Positions 13,063 to 23,100 of a stretch of 64,000 nucleotides of DNA are shown one piece after another. The stretch is taken from the NCBI RefSeq assembly GCF_001194135.2, contig NC_068981.1, positions 159,001,968 through 159,065,967 of the forward strand, given 5' to 3'. The notes below the pieces were generated by a model, which was not told where the DNA came from, made no database searches, and was given only the letters and a program-made list of their open reading frames with translations. The position numbers were made by a program, and so were the translations under genes. How positions within the stretch are numbered: the first letter of the stretch is position 1; every line of letters starts with the position of its first letter. The stretch is from Octopus bimaculoides (lineage: Eukaryota).

Positions 13063-13140
13063 ACCTATTTCTAGCATGATTAAAAGAGTAATTAAACAGT
13101 AAAATAAATACTTAAATATATTAGTTCTGATAAATTTATG

Positions 13141-13470
13141 TGAAGGTGTGTGACTTAGTGGTTAGTATATTCAGCTCATGATTGTAACGTTATAAGTTCA
13201 ATTCCTGGTGATGCATTGTGTCCTTGAGCGAGACACTTTATTTCACATTACTCCAGATCACGCAGATGGCAAAAATGATTAGTACCTGTATTTCAAAGGG
13301 CTAGCCTTGTCATACTTGGTGTCATGCTGAATCTCCCTGAGAACTATGGTAAGGATACCCGTGTCTGTGGAGTGCTCAGCCACATGCACATTAATTTCAC
13401 GAGCAGGCTGTTAGGGTTAGGGTTGATTGGATCAACTGGAACCCTCATCGTCATAACTGATGGAGTGCCA
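13141..13470 (+). mobile_element. tRNA-derived SINE sharing its 3' tail with the 26960/43405 family
   Basis: A/B-box-like head (gacttagtgg, gttcaattcc) and the shared tail gtctgtggagtgctcagccac...tggagtgcc. gataaattt occurs on both sides as a probable TSD. Confidence 0.8.
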
Positions 13471-14204
13471 GATAAATTTGTTTTTATCAAAAAGAAAATT
13501 TATATATTATGTCTACTGTTTGGGATGGCAAAGGAAACATGTTTATAAACTTTTTTCTTTTTAAAGTGAAATAAAGAAATCATTGCTATTGTTTTATTTA
13601 TACTTGGCAGACTAGTCTAGTTTATTGAATATTTGAAGATGTCTTTTTCTTTCTCTCTGGTCTTTGAGTACTTTCTTTTTCTGTCATGAAATGTGGCCTC
13701 ATTTTATCGTTAAATTCAAAATGAATAAAAAAAAAAAAAAATTTTAATCAAATATAAAAATGCAAACAAAAATAAACTCAGCAAAATCATACTTGTTTCA
13801 GATTACTTAACGTAAAAACACACAAACATTGAAACAAAAGAATATTGCAAACACCCCTCCTTACTCGAGGCAGTACAGTGAGGAATTGTTGGTTGTTGTA
13901 GTCATCAAAAGGGATGGTGAGAGATATAGTTGTAAGAGATTATACTACTAGATGTGCTAAAACCTCACTGTCTTTCAATTTAGCTGTTCTATTGGCGTCA
14001 TTTCCTCTTTCAAGTACTATAAACTTAGAATGAATCCCAGTTTGAAGTGCCTTTAATTAAGAGTTGAGTTCATCGTGCTTTTTGTATCCTTAGCTTATTG
14101 TCTTAGTCATGTTTTACTGAAGGTTAGTAACTATATTACGCTACAGTGTTGAGTTGCTGCTTTTTCTAAGAATTAACTTTTAGTCAAATGTATCATGCTT
14201 GTCC

Positions 14205-14278
<74 letters not shown>

Positions 14279-14389
14279 TGTATATATATATATCTGAAAA
14301 AAATGAATAGAAAAGGGCTTTTGTGATAATTTCTCTTATATATGATAATATACGAAGGATTTTCTAGTTCTTATTCTACTATATATATC

Positions 14390-15179
14390 CAGTGTGTGAT
14401 GGGTAAATTGTCACTATTTTATATTTTTACTTTTGCGCATTGTTTGTTTTTGATCTTGTTGACTACACAGTATAGTAGAGTCTGTTGGGCACCATCTGTG
14501 AGAAAAACAGCACCATGATGCAATTTACTGTGCCAGAAATTTGGAAACAACATGCTGTACTAGTTTGCATTCGTGCCGGAAGCTCCAATACAAACATTTG
14601 GGAGTGTTTAGGTGTCAATCTGAGGACATGTACCAAGAGTGATAAAAATCAGACATCCAGTCAACATCATGTTGTTTGAAGTGATCACTAGTGATGCCTC
14701 CATTCATTTTCCCACACAGCCTCATGCTCAACATGGAGGCCTACATCAAGTGCTTGGAGGAAGTAGTGCTGCCCTGGGTCAAGAGGGTGGTTGCTGGAAG
14801 ACTCTATGTCTGGCAACAGGACTCTGCACCATGTTACACAAGCAGGAAAACACAGACTGCAACCTTCTTGATTATTATGTAAGGGATGCAGTTAAATGAG
14901 TGACCAACAAAACTCCTTGTAACACCAAAGATGAACTGAAGGCAAGGATCATGGCAACCTTCACCAACTTAAACAAGGAGACTGTCAGAAGAGTTGCAGG
15001 AGATTCTGAAGTTGTCTGGAGGCTGTTGTTGAAGCCAATTGCGATTTTACTGAATAGATTTACTTTTTAATATTTCAAAAATATTTTTATGTTATTTTGG
15101 TAAATATATCTTAAAATGAGATGTCAGTGTTATTTTCATTTTTGTGTAGTTTAGATGACAGTTTATTCACTGCACTCTG
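14390..15179 (+). mobile_element. Internally deleted DD37D-type mariner with degenerate TIRs
   Basis: TIRs cagtgtgtgatgggtaaattgtca and tgacagtttattcactgcactctg-ta. ORF pieces read PPFIFPHSL..LEEVVLPWVKRVVAGRLYVWQQDSAPC and LLDYYVRDAVK. Confidence 0.8.
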
Positions 15180-17357
15180 TATATACACACACATACACAA
15201 ATATATATATAGGTGCATTGCTTTTCAGTTATGAAGTGACCAGTTTGATCCCCCTTCAATCTTGGACAAATATTATGTTCTCTAACCTCAGCTTCATTTG
15301 TACCATGTGAGTGAAATTGGGAAGTTGGGAACTGGACAGAAATTTATTGGATGATATTATATCCTTGCATTTGGATATAGCCTACACTGTAACAGCGTTA
15401 TAACACTACAAAAACTAAATCAGTAACAAACATGTAACAAACTTATATCTCTTCTCAACAACTTGTACGAATGCCTTTACAAATGTGACTGTACACACTG
15501 CACTCTATGTCGCACTGTCAGTACATATGCGCCTTTATAAGGTTTAGAACAGTTCACTTGCTATCCCACAGGGGTGTCAGGATTTCACTACAACAAATGG
15601 CTTGTATCTGTAATTCAAAAATGTACATCCTTTTCACATACTGTGGAAGCAAGCCTCAGTCACTTATGTGTTAATTTGGGAGTAGAAAATTCCATTGATA
15701 AAATAACTGAATTTTCATGGTCAAATGATAATACCCACCCATACACACACACATCAAAGAGAATGTATTTAATATCATTCTTTTAATGTGTAGTAGTAAT
15801 AACTTGGTCTGTTTAAATTACTATCTATAACTAATTGCACCTAATTTTATTAGGATCCCAAGAGTTAAGAAATGTAGGAGTTGTTATTTCTTAAATTCTT
15901 ACCTCAGAAATGGTTTATTGTAAGACAGAAAAAAAAAAAAAATGGTTGGTAATTTGTTTTTGAGCAGAGGGGAGGTTGCAGGTGCTTATCTTGATTAATC
16001 TTTTTTTTAAAGTTAGTTATTTGATAACACTTTTTAGTTAATCTTTTTTTAAGAGCATATTTCCATATATTTGATAACTAATACCAATGTAAAATTTTTT
16101 AAAGGCCATTGTATCATAAATAGCTGCAAACTAAGAGATGTTGTATGTTTGTAATCATAGTGTAAGTGTTGGTATTCATTTGTCAAGTTCTTTTGTGTAT
16201 GTCTCCAAACCTTTATTTGTTACTTTATTCTAATTTGAATTTCTTCTTTAAGTACTTTATATACAGTAATGACTTTATGACCTTTGTGGTTTCATACACT
16301 TTTGAGAAAGTGCAGCTCAGTGCTGTATGCAGCTGCTGTATATAATTGATGTTTCATAAGATTGCAGTGTTGAAATTGAATCTTCTCAGATGCCTTAAGA
16401 AGATGATAGCAAATTATTTCAGCTTGTCCTCCAAAGGCTTCTTTGATGTTTCACTAATCTAATAAGGTTAGAAAACATTTTGTTCAGTAAATTAGTAAAG
16501 CAAATTTTATTTGTATGCTTTCTCCAAATAGTTACCTACAAGAAGACAATCTTGTTTAAAGACTTATCTTTCATATGCTTTTGGTTTCAAAGTAAGAGGA
16601 AATGGTATTATTTGATGTACATACTAACTAATCACAAAGCACTTGTGATGATGTTGTCCTTGAGCTATGCCTATTACAATGACAGTAATGGGGGACAGAT
16701 TTGTGACACTTCTGCTAAGAACCAGTTTCCATTGTGGCTCTTTTATATAAGTGAAGATTGTATAAGTATGATTGTAATATTTGAGACTATTAACCTCATC
16801 ATTTAGAAATAAAGGATGTGTCACTATTTACATCTGTATTGTGTTTCAATAAGTTTAATCTCTAATCATCATCAGGTATCTTATTTTTGGATGGTTCCTA
16901 GTTTTAATCAAGTTTGGTATTACGTACATATTCAAGAGTAAGTTATCTGATAATGATAACATATCAAACCTATTAAAAATATAAATGTTTAAAAAAAATT
17001 TTTGTCCATCTCTAAAGATGTAGTTAAGTCAAAATTACTAACATCTCGAAGTTGTAGATATTTGTAAAAAATAAATTTGTAATGCCCTCCCCCCTCCCAC
17101 AAAAAAAAAAAAAGAACTGACAGCCGACTGATAAGTAATGTAGTAGTGCACACATTAAAGATGTGCTTATCTTATCTTGGGATTCAGTTATTTATCTTCA
17201 AATGTGAAAAGTCTTTCCTGAAATAGGATATTTTTTATCATTGTATTTATGAAAGACTGGATATTTTTTTCCCTTCAAGTCAAATAAAATCAAGTATCTT
17301 TTCTTGAAAAATCAACTTGTAACCTACCAGTATGTAATGTAGTTAGTACTGTATTCA

Positions 17358-17482
17358 NNNNNNNNNNNNNNNNNNNNNNNNNNNNNNNNNNNNNNNNNNN
17401 NNNNNNNNNNNNNNNNNNNNNNNNNNNNNNNNNNNNNNNNNNNNNNNNNNNNNNNNNNNNNNNNNNNNNNNNNNNNNNNNNN
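17358..17482. other. Assembly gap 124 bp upstream of the first visible ADAP1 exon
   Basis: N run. Confidence 1.
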
Positions 17483-17606
17483 ATATATATAATCGCTTCT
17501 GTCAGCATTGAATGATAAATGCTGATGCTAAGAATATAAAAAAATATATATAAAAGTTGTCAGTCATTAACCATTTTTGTTATTGTTTATATTTTTTTTA
17601 TTTTAG

Positions 17607-17740
17607 ATCCTGAGTGGGCATCATGTACATTAGGTATTTTCCTTTGTCAAGACTGTGCTGGAATACATCGCAGCCTTTCAACTGGTGTCAGTCGAATAAA
17701 ATCTATACATTTGGACAGATGGGAAAACGAACAGCTTCAG
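17607..17740 (+). CDS. ADAP1: ADAP1/centaurin-alpha coding exon (ArfGAP zinc-finger second half and Arg finger): (D)PEWASCTLGIFLCQDCAGIHRSLSTGVSRIKSIHLDRWENEQLQ
   Basis: ttttag acceptor and GTGAAT donor, 134 nt. Matches human ADAP1 exon 2 (DPDWASYTLGVFICLSCSGIHRNIPQVSKVKSVRLDAWEEAQVE). Confidence 0.96.
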
Positions 17741-18262
17741 GTGAATTTTTTGAATTTATATACCTAAAAAACATTAGTTGTATCAATTATTCTAATGACA
17801 AGCTCAAAGACTTATTTTTATGGCTTAGTCAGAAGTAAAAAGGTAGTACCTATGACCTTTACAGGAACATCATGCTTTTAGGAGAGGTGGAGGGGGAAGA
17901 AACTATGACTTATGATGCTGCAGTAGAAAGTTGAACATTAGGATATCAAATTGTCTGCCCTGAGACTAGAGATGTGGTCTGAATACTTGCAATGGATTAG
18001 ATTTACCATCTAGTTTTACCTCTCAAAGCACTTGCCTAAAATGATATGCCACAAGATCAAGCCCAGTGCCATATAATTGAGAAGCAAAATTCGCAAACCA
18101 TTTACACAATGTGAGGTTAAGGTGTTGATTTACTGATTACATGATTTCAAATCTTAGTACAACTGTTGTGTAAAGTCCTTAACTTGGTTTGCTCCAGTTT
18201 GCCTGACAAAAACCGGTTTCACTTGTACTTCACGTGAGTAGTCCGCAGTAAGATACTCTTTC

Positions 18263-18739
18263 TAAACATAAGGACACAGGAAATATGTCAAGGCCGACAG
18301 GAAGCGGTGCTGCCTCCTAGCGCTAAATAGCGGTAGTATTATTCTCTTCATGGGACTGTCACATTAAGTTGGCAGCATACAACTACTTTATCGCATCACT
18401 ACTGCATAAATCTCTCTGAGAGATGTAGAAATGTATTATTTCTATTTTTGAAATCAGTGAATGTGTTTTGCTAGAATTATTATATGTTTACGAGAGTTTG
18501 ATGGGCATCTCCAACTAGCAGGCCATTGCTACTCCAGACTGATGACAAGCAAAGACTCAGAAACATGTCTCTAGATGCAGGCTTAGTTGAATGGAGGTGC
18601 TTGTCTCCCCCTTGTAAACATAAGGACACAGGAAATGTGTCAAGGCCGACAGGAAGCGGTGCTGCTTCCTATGGCTAAATAGCAGTAGTATTATTCCCTT
18701 CATGGGACTGTCACATTAAGTTGATAGCATACAACTACT
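18263..18739 (+). mobile_element. 125-bp direct repeats (18263-18387, 18615-18739; 352-bp period) enclosing a hammerhead-like motif; Penelope pLTR/retrozyme-like
   Basis: 8 mismatches in 125 bp between the repeats. CTGATGA at 18539-18545 and GAAACATGTC at 18560-18569. Confidence 0.6.
18533..18575 (+). ncRNA. Type I hammerhead ribozyme-like motif, stem II decayed
   Basis: tccaga-CTGATGA-caagcaaagactca-GAAA-CATGTC-tctaga. Stem I pairs 5/6, stem III is the palindrome ACATGT, and the triplet is GUC. Confidence 0.55.
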
Positions 18740-18748
18740 ATATATATA

Positions 18749-19590
18749 TCATTGAGTCCAGAATTGGGGGAAGGCTAGTTCTGCTTTCAGTAAGCTTTAT
18801 CACAGGCTTTGGAACACCCACGACACATTGTTGAAGGTGAAAGTCTATGTACATAAGTCAGTGGTCTTGACCACATTGCTTTATGGTGCTGAATCTTGGA
18901 CTCTGTACCAAAAGCACATCAACCAGCTTGACACTTTTCATATGTGATGCTTGCTTATTATGTCCAACATAAAACTGAGTAACCATATCCATAACAGTGA
19001 GGTACTAACAGAATGCAACATGTTGAGTGTTGGGGCCATCCTTGTCAGAATACAGCTTGGATGGTCGGGTCGTCTCTCACATGTGGGTGATATCAGTGTT
19101 CTGAAGCAGCTTCTCTTTGGCTGGTTCCCAATGGGAGGGTCAGCTGGGAGCCACTCTTGTGCTTCAGGTACAAACTGGGAGATGGTCTGGGGCAGTGTGG
19201 CATTCCTTTTTCTGCCTGGGAAAACAAAGTATCAGAACGCAGGACCTGGCACCAGTCCTGCTTTTCTTCAGTTAAAAAATTTGAGCCAAGTCAACTCTAG
19301 CATTGGGACCAACTTTGTGCAAGCATCAGGGCACACTGGGAAAACATTCTTTTAAATGGAAACCTTACTTGTCATTGTGATTTTTGGCAGAAAGCAAAGC
19401 AGGCCTTGCTGTCCACTCAAGAAAGCACACAATGAATGATCCACAAGCACTCAAGCAAACTGGGTCCTCAACTCGTTCCATTTGCCAAAAGGTTTTCAAG
19501 GCATCAGCTGGCCTCAAGAGACATATTTGTGTCCATAGAACATGAGTAATGCTTTACTGAACCCTCATTTGTTCACGACAAGAGAATCCA
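18749..19590 (+). mobile_element. RTE-clade LINE 3' fragment (RT C-terminus plus two C2H2-like fingers)
   Basis: Reads IESRIG..ASSAFSKL..VVLTTLLYGAESWTLYQKHINQLDTFH, NSEVLTEC..QLGWSGRL..KQLLFG, SKAGLAVHSRKH and SICQKVFKASAGLKRHICVH*. Confidence 0.8.
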
Positions 19591-19858
19591 TGTTATATAT
19601 TTAATAGAATTGGAAGGTTCACTGCTGCTCATTAGTTTCATCTTGGTTTGGAATCTTTAGTCAAGAAAATAAATGTTTATGTGTCCAAAGATTCCTGACC
19701 CAGGATGAAACTGTTATTTACTCAGTGTTAAGGAATCTTCCAGTTCTCACTGTAAATGTTGACAAACATTGAATTCCCACTTTATTTTTAGAGGTAGATG
19801 TTCATAGTACACTGTAAAATACTCATGCACACACACACACACACACACACACACTATA

Positions 19859-19893
<35 letters not shown>

Positions 19894-20657
19894 NNNNNNN
19901 NNNNNNNNNNNNNNNNNNNNNNNNNNNNNNNNNNNNNNNNNNNNNNNNNNNNNNNNNNNNNNNNNNNNNNNNNNNNNNNNNNNNNNNNNNNNNNNNNNNN
20001 NNNNNNNNNNNNNNNNNNNNNNNNNNNNNNNNNNNNNNNNNNNNNNNNNNNNNNNNNNNNNNNNNNNNNNNNNNNNNNNNNNNNNNNNNNNNNNNNNNNN
20101 NNNNNNNNNNNNNNNNNNNNNNNNNNNNNNNNNNNNNNNNNNNNNNNNNNNNNNNNNNNNNNNNNNNNNNNNNNNNNNNNNNNNNNNNNNNNNNNNNNNN
20201 NNNNNNNNNNNNNNNNNNNNNNNNNNNNNNNNNNNNNNNNNNNNNNNNNNNNNNNNNNNNNNNNNNNNNNNNNNNNNNNNNNNNNNNNNNNNNNNNNNNN
20301 NNNNNNNNNNNNNNNNNNNNNNNNNNNNNNNNNNNNNNNNNNNNNNNNNNNNNNNNNNNNNNNNNNNNNNNNNNNNNNNNNNNNNNNNNNNNNNNNNNNN
20401 NNNNNNNNNNNNNNNNNNNNNNNNNNNNNNNNNNNNNNNNNNNNNNNNNNNNNNNNNNNNNNNNNNNNNNNNNNNNNNNNNNNNNNNNNNNNNNNNNNNN
20501 NNNNNNNNNNNNNNNNNNNNNNNNNNNNNNNNNNNNNNNNNNNNNNNNNNNNNNNNNNNNNNNNNNNNNNNNNNNNNNNNNNNNNNNNNNNNNNNNNNNN
20601 NNNNNNNNNNNNNNNNNNNNNNNNNNNNNNNNNNNNNNNNNNNNNNNNNNNNNNNNN
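19894..20657. other. Assembly gap (N) after (CA)n(TA)n
   Basis: N run. Confidence 1.
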
Positions 20658-21288
20658 TATAAAATAAAGTACTAAAATGTTGTATATTTTTAAATTAGCT
20701 CTCCTGAATATTGCGTTTTAAATTGTAAATAGATAAGTGACTTAAGTAATAGCCTCTCATAAAATTCTGCTGTTTTTTTTTTTTTTACTCGTTATCATCC
20801 TTTAAATGTTTGTATGTATTAGAAAATGAGGTTGGTTTGTGTTAAGAAGTCGACTTTGCAATCTTGTGGTTCTGGTTCAGTTGCACTATGAAAGGCTTTA
20901 GGGAAATGTCTTCTCCTGCAATCACGTGAGAGGAGTTTGGTTGGTGAAAATTGTCATGATGCCCATTATGTGTGTGTGTGCGTGCACACATGCGAGCGTA
21001 TGTGTGTGTGTGTGTGTGTATATATGTAAGTCTTTGTTCACTTCTGTATCAAGTTGTGTCCATTTGTCAAAACGGTAACTTGGCCATTTGTTATATTAAG
21101 ATAAATAAAATAAACACTGGGGGCCAGTATGGTAGACTAAAACCCTTCAGGACGGTGCTCTAAGCATGACCACAGTCAAATTACTGGAATAAGTAAAAGC
21201 ATAAAAATGTGTCAGAAAATATTTTGGAAAATAAATGTATGTGCTAGAAAGTAGACGTTTGTATGTGTTAGAAAGTAAATGATTGTAT

Positions 21289-22177
21289 CATTATCATCAT
21301 TGTTGTTTAACATCTGCTTTCCATGCTGGCATGGGTTGAACAGTTTGATTGAGGGCTGGCAAGCCAGAAGGCTGCACCAGGCTCCAATCTGATCTGGCAG
21401 AGTTTCTACAGCTGGATGCCCTTCTTAACACCAACCACTCCGAGAGTGTAGTGGGTGCTTTGTATGTGCCACTGGCACGAGGGCCAGTCAGGCGGTACTG
21501 GTATAAACCACACTTGAATGATGCTTTTTACGTGCCACCAGCATTGGACCAGTCAGGCAGTTCTGTCATCGGCCATGACAGGGACTTCACTTGACTCATC
21601 AGGTCTTCACAAGCGCAGTCTATTGCCCAATGATTGAAGGGTACTCTTAGATGGGCTGGTTATGCTGCACTGGCATAGGCCACGGTTATGTTTTCACTTG
21701 GTTTGTCTGGTCTTCTCAAGCACAGCATATCTCCAAAGGTCTTGGTCACTTATCATCACCTCCGTAAGGCCCAACGTTCGAAAGTTGTGCTTCACCACCT
21801 CATTCCAGGTTCCCTCTACAGCTAGGGTATGACACATTTTCACACAGCTGTTCTCATCCATACGCAACACATGACCATACCAGCACATCTGATGCTTCTT
21901 ATGTCCAACTTTCTCTTGGCGCTTACACTCTGTTGTGTATGCACATTGACATTACACACCCAGTGGAGCATACTAGCTTCATCCCTTGTAAGCTTACGCA
22001 TGCCCTCAGCAGTCATGGCCCATGTTTCACTGCTTTTAGCACGGCTGTTCGCACACATGCGTCATACAGTCTACCTTTTACTCTGAGCAAGAGGCTTTTT
22101 GTCACCTGCAGAGGTAGGAGTTCTCTGAATTTTGCCCAGGCTGTTCTTATTCTAGCAGCTACACTCTTATTCTGGAG
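21289..22177 (-). mobile_element. 5'-truncated RTE LINE with full 3' UTR and (GAT)n tail
   Basis: Reads ARIRTAWAKFRELLP..KGRLYDACVRTAV, SSETWAM..EASMLHWVC and WYGHVLRMDENSCVK. The tail appears as catcat on the + strand. Candidate TSD ttgtat. Confidence 0.85.
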
Positions 22178-22425
22178 TTTGTATGTATTATAAAATAAAA
22201 TGTTTGTATGCATTAAAAAATAAATGTATGTGTTAGAAACTAAATGTTTGTATGCGTTAGAAAGTAAATGTTTGTATGCGTTAGAAAATAAATGTTTGTA
22301 TGTGTTAGAATGTAAATGTTTGTGTGTGTTATAAAATAATTGTATGTATGCATTAGAAAATTACCATATGTATGTTTTCCGAAAATAAATGTATGTGTTA
22401 GGAAGTAAGTGTTAGAAAATAAATG
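22178..22425. repeat. ~22-bp minisatellite (aaataaatgtttgtatgtgttag); further units at 21230-21288
   Basis: About 10 degenerate tandem units are visible. Confidence 0.85.
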
Positions 22426-22427
22426 CG

Positions 22428-23100
22428 TCATCTTCATTTTTTCATCCATTTTTCCATGCTTGCATGGGTTGGACAGGTCTTCTCCGATACAGCATCTCAC
22501 CATTTGTCATGGTAACACATCATCTCCTTCATGAGGCTCAAGTATCCTGGGATCAGCTTTCACCACATCTACCCATTGTCCTCCTCAGTTTTCTTCTTCT
22601 GCAGGTTCTTTCTACTTGGCTCTCTTGGCATTTCTTCACTCAATTGTAATCCTCCATATGCATCACGTCTGCACCTGCACAGTCTTTTCTCTTGCACACT
22701 AAATTTGATTCCTCTTATATTCATTTTTTTTTTTTCTTCAACCAGCTCATTTGTGCTCTGTCGTTCATGTACATTATCATTTACACATTCTGTGGAGCAT
22801 GCTTGCTTCATTTCTTTCCAGCTTCCACACATCCTCCACATTCATTGCCTATGTTTTGCTATCATCCAACACATTGCACTTTGTACACAAACATTTACCC
22901 TTTACTCAAAGAAAGAATTCCTTTGTTGTTAGCAGAGGTAATATATCCCCAAATGGTTTTCACTCTGTTCATAATCTGGCCACTATGCTCTCTCCCACTA
23001 ATTAGGTCATCTAGGTAAGAGAAGCTATTATGCACCCTTCCAAGCATTTGAAGGGATATATTTTTCTGTGCCGGTTCCATCAATTCTTAGGCATCTGCCA
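22428..23100 (-). mobile_element. Older RTE LINE 3' fragment
   Basis: Reads SFSYLDDLIS..RVKTIWG and VNVHERQSTNEL..IRGIK..QEKRL, with the family 3' tail ccatgcttgcatgggttggacag. Confidence 0.7.

Noticed and set aside
1-17606. Search for ADAP1 coding exon 1 (GNxxCADC motif ending in phase 1)
   Set aside because: No matching sequence was found by eye. It is probably upstream of the window or inside an N gap.
17614-17838. 74-aa ORF overlapping the ADAP1 exon
   Set aside because: It is an alternative frame of the real ArfGAP exon running into the intron.
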